Below, one piece after another: positions 27,443 to 36,717 of a stretch of 64,000 nucleotides of DNA. The DNA comes from Alphaproteobacteria bacterium (GTDB lineage Bacteria > Pseudomonadota > Alphaproteobacteria > UBA2966): the NCBI GenBank assembly GCA_964291395.2, contig OZ219858.1, positions 544,001-608,000 of the forward strand, in the 5' to 3' direction. Each line of letters starts with the position of its first letter. Positions within the stretch are counted from its first letter, which is position 1. The notes beneath the pieces were generated by a model. It searched no databases and had not been told where the DNA came from. It worked only from the letters and a program-made list of their open reading frames with translations. A program made the position numbers and the translations under genes.

Positions 27443-28645
27443 CTACCGGTGGGCGGCCAGCGGGAATTCCGCTTGTCCATCCTCTGCCGTGAGCGATGCG
27501 AGCGCGGCGGTGACGCCGCCGCTCCGATGAGGAACGCCGGCGGCGGAGAGGCCCATCTCGACGCCGGCCAGCGTGCCGGACAACATGAGCTCGTTGAGAT
27601 CACCCAGGTGTCCGATCCGGAATACCTTGCGCGCGAGCCGGCCCAGGCCGTTGCCGAGTGACAGGTCATAGCGGTCCAGAACCCGGGCGCGGAACTCGTC
27701 CGCATCGTGGCCGCCCGGCATGACCACCGCGGTCACCGTGCTGCTGGCCCGGCGTTCATCGGCGCACTGAAGCTCGAGACCCCAGTGCGCGACCGCCGCG
27801 CGAGTGGCGGCGGCCAGACGCCGGTGCCGGTCGAACACGTTGTCGAGTCCCTCCTCGTCGAGCATGGCCAACGCCTCCCGCAGGCCGAACAGGAGGTTCG
27901 TCGCCGGGGTATACGGAAACGCGCCCCGCATGTTGTCGGCGATGATCGGCTTCCAATCCCAGTAGGAACGGGGCAACCGGGCTTGCTCGGACGCCGCGAG
28001 GGCTTTCTCGCCGACGGCGTTGAACCCCAGTCCCGGGGGCAGCATCAGGCCCTTCTGGGATGCGCCGACCGTGACGTCGACCCCCCAGTCCTCGTGACGA
28101 TAGTCCATGGAGGCAAGGGACGAGATGGTATCGACCATCAACAGCGCCGGATGGCGGACGTCGTCGATCGCGCGGCGGACGGCGGGGATGTCCGTTGTTG
28201 CGCCGGTGGACGTTTCATTGTGCAGAACCGCGACGGCCTTGATCGTGTGATCGGCGTCCTCGCCCAGACGCGCGCCGATCGCCGCCGGGTCGGCACCGCC
28301 ACGCCAGTCTCCCGGAAGAAACGTCACGTCGAGGCCGAGGCGTTCGGCAAGCGCACGCCAGGCCGATGCGAAATGGCCGGTTTCGAACATGAGCACGCGA
28401 TCTCCGGGCGAAAGCACGTTCACCAGCGCCGCCTCCCAGGCGCCGGTTCCGGAGGACGGATAAACGATGACCGGAGCGGCGGTTCCAAAGATGCGCCTCA
28501 ATCCGTCCAGCACCTCGCCGGCCAGCCGCGAAAATTCCGGTCCCCGGTGGTCGATGGTGGGTTGCGCGATGGCACGGAGGATCCGCTCCGGGACGTTGGT
28601 GGGCCCCGGGATCTGCAGGAAGTGTCGGCCGCCGCCGCGTGACAT
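27443..28645 (-). CDS. sgaA: Serine-glyoxylate aminotransferase family (class V)
   Basis: GRHFLQIPGPTNVP, SSGTGAWEAAL, HNETSTG, VDTISSL, SQKGLMLPPG, FPYTP, FRIGHLG. Confidence 0.85.
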   Translation of the reverse strand: MSRGGGRHFLQIPGPTNVPERILRAIAQPTIDHRGPEFSRLAGEVLDGLRRIFGTAAPVIVYPSSGTGAWEAALVNVLSPGDRVLMFETGHFASAWRALAERLGLDVTFLPGDWRGGADPAAIGARLGEDADHTIKAVAVLHNETSTGATTDIPAVRRAIDDVRHPALLMVDTISSLASMDYRHEDWGVDVTVGASQKGLMLPPGLGFNAVGEKALAASEQARLPRSYWDWKPIIADNMRGAFPYTPATNLLFGLREALAMLDEEGLDNVFDRHRRLAAATRAAVAHWGLELQCADERRASSTVTAVVMPGGHDADEFRARVLDRYDLSLGNGLGRLARKVFRIGHLGDLNELMLSGTLAGVEMGLSAAGVPHRSGGVTAALASLTAEDGQAEFPLAAHR

Positions 28646-28686
28646 GGCGGCCTATTGTGCACCCACCGGGCCGGAGTTGCGAAACA

Positions 28687-28706
28687 TTCCGTGACGTTCC
28701 GTGACG
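28687..28706. repeat. 10-bp tandem repeat upstream of sgaA
   Basis: TTCCGTGACG x2. Confidence 0.7.
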
Positions 28707-28785
28707 GTTCGACCCCGGCTTGCCCGCGCTTGCGCGAGCCCTGCGGCCGGCGGACTCCGACCGGCAAGTGATTTTTTTGGAGTTC

Positions 28786-28827
28786 GGGGGTGCCAGAAGC
28801 GAAATTTGGGGGTGCCAGAAGCGAAAT
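28786..28827. repeat. 20-bp perfect direct repeat with 22-bp period in the sgaA/TRAP divergent region
   Basis: GGGGGTGCCAGAAGCGAAAT at 28786-28805 and 28808-28827. Confidence 0.85.
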
Positions 28828-28969
28828 AAGGACATAGAGTCGGCGGCTCAGCCAGAGTAGTCCGTCATCCGCCCGAATGGCGGTCCGGATGACGGCGTTC
28901 AACACGGCGCAATGTGCGTTCATCAGCCCCGGGGTCATCGCAGCCGGGTGCATGAGGGGAGGAGCAGAA

Positions 28970-30148
28970 ATGCTGAAGTTCAAAGGTCTCCGGAAAGAGA
29001 AGAAAACGGCCCCGCCCGAAAGCGCGGGTCGGGATCGTCGTCGCTTTCTGAAGGGCGGCGCCACGGCCGCCGCCGCCGCGGCGACCGCGGCCGTGGCGTT
29101 CCCGCAAGTCTCCAGGGCCCAGACGGTGACCCTGAAGATGCAGTCCTCGTGGGGCGCGACCAGCCCGTTCCAGGAAATGGCCAAGCAGTACGTCGACCGC
29201 GTCGAGGCGATGGCCGGCGGGCGGCTTAAGATCGACCTGTTGCCGGCGGGCGCCGTCGTCAAGGCGTTCCAGGTGCAGGACGCCTGTCACAGCGGCGTGC
29301 TCGACGCCGCCCATACGGTGACGGCCTATTGGTACTCGAAGAACAAGGCCGCCTCGCTGTTCGGCACGGGCCCCGTGTTCGGCGCCAACGCCTCGCAGAT
29401 AATGGCCTGGATTCACTTCGGCGGGGGCAAGGAGCTCCTGACCGAGCTGCAGCAGGACATCCTCAAGCTCGACATCCTCAGCTTCTTCGCCATGCCCATG
29501 CCGACGCAACCGCTGGGCTGGTTCAAGGAGCACATCAAGAGCGTCGATCAGCTCAAGGGCCTCAAGTACCGCACGGTGGGCCTCGCGACCGACATCATGC
29601 AGGGCATGGGCCTCAAGGTGACCCAGCTTCCGGGCGGCGAGATCATGCCGGCCCTGGAGAAGGGCGTGATCGAGGCGTTCGAGTTCAACAACCCGACGGC
29701 CGACAGCCGGTTCGGGGCGCAGGACGTCTCCAAGCACTACCACATGGGCAGCTACCACCAGGCGGCGGAGTTCTTCGAGATCATCTTCAGCAAGACGAAG
29801 TTCAACTCGCTGCCGAAGGAGCACCAGGCGATCCTCGAGTACGGCGCCGAGGCCGCGAACACGGCCAACTACGGCTGGGCCATGGACCAGTACTCCAAGG
29901 ACCTCCAGTGGCTCATGGCCGATCCGCAGAACGTGAACGTCTACCGCACCGACCAGTCGATCATGGACGCCCAGCTCAAGTCCTGGGACAAGGTGCTCGA
30001 GAAGCTCATGGAGACGGATCCCTTCTTCAAGAAGGTGGTCGAGAGCCAGAGGGCGTGGTCGGAGCGAGTGGCGTTCTACGATCTCGTGAACTCGGCCGAT
30101 TACAAGCTGGCCTACGAGCACTACTTCCCGGGCAAGCTGCCCTTCTAG
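28970..30148 (+). CDS. dctP: TRAP substrate-binding protein (DctP/TakP type, Tat signal)
   Basis: RRRFLK Tat motif, KMQSSW, GLKYRTVG, GEIMPALEKGVIEAFEF. Confidence 0.92.
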   Translation: MLKFKGLRKEKKTAPPESAGRDRRRFLKGGATAAAAAATAAVAFPQVSRAQTVTLKMQSSWGATSPFQEMAKQYVDRVEAMAGGRLKIDLLPAGAVVKAFQVQDACHSGVLDAAHTVTAYWYSKNKAASLFGTGPVFGANASQIMAWIHFGGGKELLTELQQDILKLDILSFFAMPMPTQPLGWFKEHIKSVDQLKGLKYRTVGLATDIMQGMGLKVTQLPGGEIMPALEKGVIEAFEFNNPTADSRFGAQDVSKHYHMGSYHQAAEFFEIIFSKTKFNSLPKEHQAILEYGAEAANTANYGWAMDQYSKDLQWLMADPQNVNVYRTDQSIMDAQLKSWDKVLEKLMETDPFFKKVVESQRAWSERVAFYDLVNSADYKLAYEHYFPGKLPF

Positions 30149-30179
30149 CGCGGCGGCCGGGAAAGATTTGCGATAGGCG

Positions 30180-30208
30180 CGGGGCGGCGTCCGTACGGCG
30201 CCGCCCCG
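30180..30208 (+). terminator. Stem-loop after dctP (terminator or mRNA stabiliser)
   Basis: CGGGGCGGCG-N9-CGCCGCCCCG. Confidence 0.5.
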
Positions 30209-30307
30209 TTCGCGTCCGGCCGTGATCCGCGGCAGGCGCGCGCGCTCCGGATCTCGCGGCGACTCGGAGCAAGAGAGCACGGGAGCAGGCGTCTCCAGTA
30301 CTTCGGC

Positions 30308-30916
30308 ATGGACCGGTTCATCTTCTTCGTAGACAGCTTCACCGCCTGGGTCGGCAAGGCCTTCGCCTGGTGCATCCTCATCCTGACGTTCGGCGTCGCC
30401 TACGAAGTCTTCGTGCGTTACGCGCTGCGCGACCCGACGTCATGGGCCTTCGACCTCAGCTACATGATGTACGGGACCCTGTTCATGATCGGCGGCGCCT
30501 ACACCCTGGCGCGTGACGGTCACGTGCGGGGCGACGTTCTGTTCCGGCTGTGGAAACCGAAGGTGCAGGCAACCATCGAGCTCTCCCTTTATTTCCTGTT
30601 CTTCTTCCCGGGAATCCTCGCGTTCATCATCGCCGGCGCCGATTACGCGGGCGAGTCCTGGTCCTACAACTACGGACGGGGCGAGGTCAGCATCAACAGC
30701 CCGGCCAACGTGCCGATCTCGCAGTTCAAGACCATCATTCCCGTCGCCGGCTCGCTGCTGCTCCTGCAGGGCGTCGCGCAGGTGTTCCGCTGCATCATCT
30801 GCCTGCGCACGGGGGCGTGGCCGGCCCACCTCGAGGACGTCGAGGAACTGGAGAAGGTGCTCCAGGAGCAGCACGAAGAGGGGCTGCTGGACGCGTCCGA
30901 GGGAGCCGCCCGATGA
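30308..30916 (+). CDS. dctQ: TRAP small permease
   Basis: YEVFVRY, PTSWAFD, GHVRGD, about four TM segments. Confidence 0.9.
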   Translation: MDRFIFFVDSFTAWVGKAFAWCILILTFGVAYEVFVRYALRDPTSWAFDLSYMMYGTLFMIGGAYTLARDGHVRGDVLFRLWKPKVQATIELSLYFLFFFPGILAFIIAGADYAGESWSYNYGRGEVSINSPANVPISQFKTIIPVAGSLLLLQGVAQVFRCIICLRTGAWPAHLEDVEELEKVLQEQHEEGLLDASEGAAR

Positions 30917-32754
30917 GCAATCCGGAAGTCGCGGTGCTCATGCTGGGCATCTTCATCCTGACCATCATGTTGGGATTCCCGATCTGCTTCACCCTGATGG
31001 CGATGGGCATCTTCTTCGGCTACTACGCCTATTACGAGCCGGAGCGGATGCAGACCATCTTCGACAACCGGGTCTTCGATCTGCTCGTCAATCAGACCTA
31101 CTCGGTCATGGCCAACGACGTGCTCGTGGCCGTGCCCCTGTTCCTGTTCATGGGCTACATCGTCGAGCGGGCGAACCTCGTCGACCGATTGTTCTTCACC
31201 CTGCAGATCGCCGCCCGGCACATGCCGGGCTCCATGGCGATCGCGGCGCTCATCACCTGCACGCTGTTCGCGACGGCTTCGGGCATCATCGGCGCGGTCG
31301 TGACGCTGATGGGTCTGCTGGCCTTCCCCGCCATGCTGAAGGCCCGGTACGACACCGGCTTCTCCTCCGGGGTGATCTGCGCGGGCGGCTGCCTCGGCAT
31401 CCTCATCCCGCCGTCGATCATGCTGATCGTCTACGCGGCAGCCGCCAGCATGTCGGTGGTGCGGCTCTATGCGGGCGCCATCCTGCCGGGCCTGCTGCTG
31501 GCCGGGCTCTACATCCTCTACGTCTCGGGCCGGGCCATGCTGAACCCGAAGATCGCCCCCCCGCCGCGCCAGGAAGACGTCGAAGCCATGCGGACCGGAA
31601 ACGTCGTCATCATGATGATGACGTCGTTCTTTCCGCTGGCCTTTCTCATCCTCTCGGTGCTCGGCGCCATCCTGTTCGGATTGGCGACGCCGACCGAGGC
31701 CGCCTCCATGGGGGCGGCCGGCGGGATCGTTCTGGCGGCCGGGTATCGCATCGGCGAGATTCGCACGGGAAAGACCAAGCCGGAATGGGTGAACGAGGAC
31801 GACAGCCTGCGGCCCTACAACCCGTGGCACTACGCCCTCGGGGCCGGCGGGGTTCTGACCGTCATCCTGTACGTCGCCTATTTCCTGATCCGGATCCTGG
31901 CCAATTGGATCGCCGATGTGCCGCTGCCCACCGAGCGGACGCTGCCCTTCGCTCCCGGTGTCGCCGTCGGTATCGCGCTTGCAGTCGCCGCGGCCGTTCA
32001 CTACGGCGGCGAGCGTTGGCCCGTGGTCTCGCACCTGCAACCCCGAAGCCCGGCGCTGAAGCCCCTCTACGCCTATGGCGGGCAGGGCGCCCTGTTCGGG
32101 CTCGCGCTCGGCGCGGTCTACCTGTTGATGTTCCCGGTCCTGGGGCTGGGCGAGACTTTCGCCGAGCACGAGTACAGCAACTGGGCCTTCGACGTCGGCT
32201 TCTTCACGGCTCTGCTCGGCTACATGGGCTGGCACGGTATCGACAAGGGGGCACTCAAGGAATCCGTCTATCTGACGGTCCGCACGTCGGCCATGGTGTG
32301 CTGGCTGTTCGTGGGTTCCTGGACCTTCTCCTCGGTGTTCTCGTACCTCGGCGGACACGCCCTGATCGAGGAATTCGTGCTCGGGATGAACCTCTCCCCG
32401 ATTACCTTCCTGATCCTCGCCCAGATCATCATTTTCCTGCTCGGCTGGCCGCTCGAGTGGTCGGAGATCATCATCATCTTCGTTCCGATCTTCCTGCCCT
32501 TGCTGCCTCACTTCGGCATTGATCCGCTGTTCTTCGGCATCCTGGTGGCGCTCAACCTGCAGACGTCGTTCCTGACGCCGCCCATGGCGATGGCGGCGTA
32601 CTACCTCAAGGGGGTGGCGCCACCGCATGTTCAGCTGATCCAGATCTTCAAGGGCTGCATGCCGTTCCTGTCGATGGTCTTCCTGGCGATGATCATTCTC
32701 TACGTGTTCCCGGAGATCGCCCTGTGGCTGCCCAAGATCGTCTATGGAAGGTAA
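30913..32754 (+). CDS. dctM: TRAP large permease with internal insertion
   Basis: AVPLFLFMG, GILIPPS, TPTEAA, QTSFLTPP; ATGA overlap with dctQ. Confidence 0.92.
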   Translation: MSNPEVAVLMLGIFILTIMLGFPICFTLMAMGIFFGYYAYYEPERMQTIFDNRVFDLLVNQTYSVMANDVLVAVPLFLFMGYIVERANLVDRLFFTLQIAARHMPGSMAIAALITCTLFATASGIIGAVVTLMGLLAFPAMLKARYDTGFSSGVICAGGCLGILIPPSIMLIVYAAAASMSVVRLYAGAILPGLLLAGLYILYVSGRAMLNPKIAPPPRQEDVEAMRTGNVVIMMMTSFFPLAFLILSVLGAILFGLATPTEAASMGAAGGIVLAAGYRIGEIRTGKTKPEWVNEDDSLRPYNPWHYALGAGGVLTVILYVAYFLIRILANWIADVPLPTERTLPFAPGVAVGIALAVAAAVHYGGERWPVVSHLQPRSPALKPLYAYGGQGALFGLALGAVYLLMFPVLGLGETFAEHEYSNWAFDVGFFTALLGYMGWHGIDKGALKESVYLTVRTSAMVCWLFVGSWTFSSVFSYLGGHALIEEFVLGMNLSPITFLILAQIIIFLLGWPLEWSEIIIIFVPIFLPLLPHFGIDPLFFGILVALNLQTSFLTPPMAMAAYYLKGVAPPHVQLIQIFKGCMPFLSMVFLAMIILYVFPEIALWLPKIVYGR

Positions 32755-32781
32755 TCGGCGGACCTCGGGATCTATGCTGAC

Positions 32782-34119
32782 ATGAGCTTGGCGGACCTGG
32801 ATGCCGATGAAGCCGTCGCGGGTGTCGCGAGCGGCGAATTCAGTGCCGTCGATCTCGTCGAGGCCTGTCTCGGACGCATAGCGGAGCGCGACGGCGACAT
32901 CGAAGCCTGGGCCCACCTCGATCCCGACTTTGCCATCGAGCAGGCTCGCGAGCGCGACGCCTCTCGGGCCACCGGCCAGGCACTGGGACCGCTCCACGGC
33001 GTTCCCGTCGGCGTCAAGGACATCATCGACACCCGCGACGCGCCAACGGAGAACGGCACCGTCCTGGACTCCGGGCGGCGGCCATCGGCCGATGCACGCG
33101 TCGTAACCCTGCTCAAGGAAGCCGGCGCCGTGATCATGGGCAAGACCGTGACCACGGAACTCGCCGTTTACGCGCCGGGCAGGACCCGCAACCCGCATGA
33201 CCGGGATCACACGCCGGGCGGCTCGTCCAGCGGCTCCGCGGCAGCGGTGTCCGCCGGCATGGTCCCGCTCGCCGTCGGCACGCAGACGAACGGTTCCGTC
33301 ATCCGTCCGGCCGCGTATTGCGGCGTCGTCGGTCTGAAACCTACCCACGGGAGGATATCCCGTCGCGGCGTGCTCGCCCAGTCACGCCCGCTCGACACCG
33401 TCGGCGTCATGGCTCGCACGGTGAAGGACGCGGCGCTCATCGCCGACGTGCTCGCGGTCTACGACGACGGCGACCCCGACATGATCATCCGGGCGCGACC
33501 GCGACTGGCCGAGACGGTTGCCGCGGGTCCTCCCCTCCCGTCGGCCTTCGCCTTCGTCCGGACGCCCGTTTGGGACGAGGCCGACGAGGAAACCCATGAG
33601 GCCTTCGGGGAGCTTGCCGAGTTTCTGGGAGAGGCTTGCGACGAAGTTCCCCTCCCCGAACCGTTCGATCACGCCGTCGGCTGGCACCGCACGGTCATGT
33701 GCGCGGACCAGGCGAAGAGCTTCGCGGGCTACTACGAACGCGGCAAGGAGGACTTGAGCGAGATCCTGCGCGACATGATCGAAGAGGGGCAGAAGACGTC
33801 GGCGGTCGACTACAACCGTGCCGTCGAATGGCGCGACGTGTTGAGCTCGGGCCTGGACAAGATCTTCGATCGCTATGATGCGATCATCACGCCGGCCGCG
33901 ACCGGCGTCGCACCCGCCGGCCTCGACTCGACGGGGAGCCCCGTCTTCTGCACACTCTGGACCTACTGCGGCGTCCCCGCGGTCTCTCTGCCGCTCCTCG
34001 AGGGAAGCAAGGGGCTCCCTCTCGGCGTGCAACTGGTGGGGCGCCGCGGCGACGACGCCAGGCTGTTGCGGACCGCCCGATGGCTGGTCGATCGCATCGC
34101 CGAGGAGGCGGACGGATGA
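32782..34119 (+). CDS. Amidase signature enzyme
   Basis: GVPVGVKD, PGGSSSGS, GTQTNGSVIRPAAYCG. Confidence 0.92.
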   Translation: MSLADLDADEAVAGVASGEFSAVDLVEACLGRIAERDGDIEAWAHLDPDFAIEQARERDASRATGQALGPLHGVPVGVKDIIDTRDAPTENGTVLDSGRRPSADARVVTLLKEAGAVIMGKTVTTELAVYAPGRTRNPHDRDHTPGGSSSGSAAAVSAGMVPLAVGTQTNGSVIRPAAYCGVVGLKPTHGRISRRGVLAQSRPLDTVGVMARTVKDAALIADVLAVYDDGDPDMIIRARPRLAETVAAGPPLPSAFAFVRTPVWDEADEETHEAFGELAEFLGEACDEVPLPEPFDHAVGWHRTVMCADQAKSFAGYYERGKEDLSEILRDMIEEGQKTSAVDYNRAVEWRDVLSSGLDKIFDRYDAIITPAATGVAPAGLDSTGSPVFCTLWTYCGVPAVSLPLLEGSKGLPLGVQLVGRRGDDARLLRTARWLVDRIAEEADG

Positions 34120-34134
34120 GGACCGTCATGGACG

Positions 34135-34383
34135 GTGGGGACTGATATGCTGGACAGGATCTTCGCCGCGATCGGCATGCTGGGCTTGATCGCCTTCATG
34201 GGCATCGTCGCCGTTTACGTGATGGAGCCCGACCTCTGGCTCGTCGCTTCCGTCGGCGTGTTCATCGCCGTCTTCTTCGTTTGGCGCGAGGCCGTGGCGG
34301 CCGCGGGGATCCCCCTTCGTCCGGCCGACGCGTGGACTGATACGTCACCCGGCGGGCCGCAAGAGGAGGGAAAAGGCAGGTGA
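34135..34383 (+). CDS. Small two-TM membrane protein
   Basis: Two hydrophobic helices; stop overlaps the next start (GTGA). Confidence 0.55.
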   Translation: MGTDMLDRIFAAIGMLGLIAFMGIVAVYVMEPDLWLVASVGVFIAVFFVWREAVAAAGIPLRPADAWTDTSPGGPQEEGKGR

Positions 34384-35318
34384 GCGTCGGTGTCGGCATC
34401 GGCATAAGCGAGCTTCCCTTCGAGAGGGCGCGCGGATTCTGGCGCTGGATCGAGATGTGCGAGGAGTCGGCCGTCGATTCGATCTGGCAGACCGACCGGC
34501 TGATCACCGACAATCCGATGCTGGAAAGCCTGACCACGATGGCCGCCATCGCCGGTGCGACCGAGCGCCTCAAGTTCGGCGTGAACGTCGTCGCGCTCGG
34601 CTGGCGCGACCCGCTGGTCGTCGCCAAGCAGTGCGCCTCGATCGATTTTCTCAGCGGGGGCCGCCTGTTGCCCGCCTTCGGGATCGGCACCCCCCGCGGC
34701 GAGGAGTGGCGGGCGACGGGCCGCGACACCCGGGGCCGCGGCGCGCGTACCGACGAAGCCCTCGACATTATCTCCCGCCTCTGGGCCGGAGAGACCGTGG
34801 ATTACGACGGTGAGCACTACCGGTACCGCGGGGCCCGGATCTCGCCGCTGCCCGTTCAGAAGCGCCTGCCGCTCTGGATCGGCGGCGACAGCAAAGCCGC
34901 GATCCGTCGCACCGCCCGCATCGGCACGGGCTGGCTCGCCGGCTTTCAGTCGCCGGACGAGGTGACGCCGGTGGTGGCCGCCATCAAGGTCGCCGCCGAG
35001 GAGGCGGGACGTCGTATCCCCGACGATCATTACGGGGCCGGCTTCCACTACCGTTTTGGCTCCTGGAACGATGCTCCCGTGACGCCCCGGGCCGAGACCA
35101 TCGTCAAACGGAACGCGCGGAGACCCGAGGACTGCATGGTCATCGGCGATGCCGCCGACATGGTGGAGAGACTCGAACAATTCGTCGCCGGCGGGGTCTC
35201 GAAATTCGTGCTGCAGCCGGTCGCGGCCGGCGACGACGATACCCTCGAACAGACCCGTCACCTGATCGACGAGGTGCTGCCCGACGTGCCCGCCCTCAAC
35301 GAGTCCGCGCCGGGTTAG
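34380..35318 (+). CDS. LLM-class flavin-dependent oxidoreductase
   Basis: SIWQTD, AIAGATERLKFG, IDFLSGGRL, PLWIGG. Confidence 0.9.
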   Translation: MSVGVGIGISELPFERARGFWRWIEMCEESAVDSIWQTDRLITDNPMLESLTTMAAIAGATERLKFGVNVVALGWRDPLVVAKQCASIDFLSGGRLLPAFGIGTPRGEEWRATGRDTRGRGARTDEALDIISRLWAGETVDYDGEHYRYRGARISPLPVQKRLPLWIGGDSKAAIRRTARIGTGWLAGFQSPDEVTPVVAAIKVAAEEAGRRIPDDHYGAGFHYRFGSWNDAPVTPRAETIVKRNARRPEDCMVIGDAADMVERLEQFVAGGVSKFVLQPVAAGDDDTLEQTRHLIDEVLPDVPALNESAPG

Positions 35319-35531
35319 CGGCCTTGATCGCGTGAGTGCTTGCCTGACCGCTGAGGCTGTCGGGCAATGAAGGCCGTTGTGTATCCGGCATTTGGCCCGA
35401 GCGGCGCTTGAGCGGCGGCGCCCGCCGCGCCGGACAGGATCCCGTTGGTAGCTTCCGAGCTTGTGATCGCGGAGGCGGGAGCCGGACGCCGCCCGTGCCC
35501 GACAGGAAAACTCCGAACGCGTTTACGTCCG

Positions 35532-36497
35532 CTATCCCGCGCGCCACGTGGAGGCGGGTTCGGACTCCGGCGCCACCACCCCCGTCTGTTCGGCGATGAT
35601 GCCGTAGTGCTCGATGCGCCGGTGGGCGGCGAAGTTCAGGAGCGCGTCCTTGCTGCGCACGCTGAGATCGAGGTCGCACCTGGCCACGATCAGCTCGTCC
35701 TCCTTGGTGGCGCATTGGGCGACGATCTCGCCCGACGGCGCGATGATGGCGCTGCCGCCGATCAGGTCGCAGCCCTCCTCCTCGCCGGCCTTCGCCACGC
35801 CCACCACCCAACAGCCGTTCTGATAGGCGCCGGCCTGCATGCACAGGTGATTGTGAAACGCGGCCAGATTGTCGTAGGTCGGATCCCAGGGCAGATGCGC
35901 CGGCGTGTTGTAGCCCAGCAGGATGATCTCCGCGCCACGCAACGCCAGGGCGCGGTAGGTCTCGGGCCAGCGCCGGTCGTTGCAGAGGCACATGCCCATC
36001 ACGCCGCCCATGGTCCGCCAGGTCCGGAATCCGAGGTCGCCGACGTCGAAATACCGCTTCTCGAGGTGCTGGAAGGGATAATCGGGCCGGTTGTCGGCAT
36101 GGCCCGGAAGGTGCACCTTGCGGTACTTGCCGGCGATGTCCCCTTCGGCGTCGACCAGGATGGCCGTGTTGTAGCGGCGCCGTTCGCCGTCTTCGATCGC
36201 CAGCTCGCCGTACCCGAGATAGAACCCGATACCGAGCTTCCTGGCCGTGTCGAACAGCGGATAGGTGGCCGCCGACGGCATCTCCCGCTCGAACCAGGAA
36301 TCGACCTCGATGTCGTCCTCCATCCACCAGCGGGGAAAGAACGAGGTCAGCGCCAGTTCCGGAAAGACCACGAGCTTGCAGCCCAACCCGTGCGCCTCGC
36401 GCATCAACTCGACCAGGCGGCCGACCACCGATTGACGGCTTTCGCTGCGGGCGACGGGGCCGGTTTGCGCCCCGCCCACCAGGATGGTCCTGCTCAT
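35532..36497 (-). CDS. N-carbamoyl-D-amino-acid amidohydrolase (nitrilase superfamily)
   Basis: FPELALTSFFPRW, YRKVHLPGH, FQHLEKRYF, CNDRRWPETYR, QAGAYQNG (Glu-Lys-Cys triad). Confidence 0.9.
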   Translation of the reverse strand: MSRTILVGGAQTGPVARSESRQSVVGRLVELMREAHGLGCKLVVFPELALTSFFPRWWMEDDIEVDSWFEREMPSAATYPLFDTARKLGIGFYLGYGELAIEDGERRRYNTAILVDAEGDIAGKYRKVHLPGHADNRPDYPFQHLEKRYFDVGDLGFRTWRTMGGVMGMCLCNDRRWPETYRALALRGAEIILLGYNTPAHLPWDPTYDNLAAFHNHLCMQAGAYQNGCWVVGVAKAGEEEGCDLIGGSAIIAPSGEIVAQCATKEDELIVARCDLDLSVRSKDALLNFAAHRRIEHYGIIAEQTGVVAPESEPASTWRAG

Positions 36498-36717
36498 GCC
36501 TCCCTCCCGAAACGTGGGTCCGTCCGGCCATAGTATCGAAATGCGTCGATCCGTTCCCTCCGCACACGTCGCCTTCGTGTTCCTGCGGCCCCGATGGATT
36601 GGCCGTGGGATATCCCTGATCGGCGGAACTATTGCGGCGCCGGCTCCGCAAAGCCCTGTATCATCGTCGCCGAGGGCGTCGGGACGCCCGCGGGCGCAAT
36701 CTTTTCGGGACCGGTTC

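Noticed and set aside
28786-28827. Sigma-54 promoter within the 20-bp repeat (TGGCAC on the minus strand)
   Set aside because: No TTGC element at the required spacing
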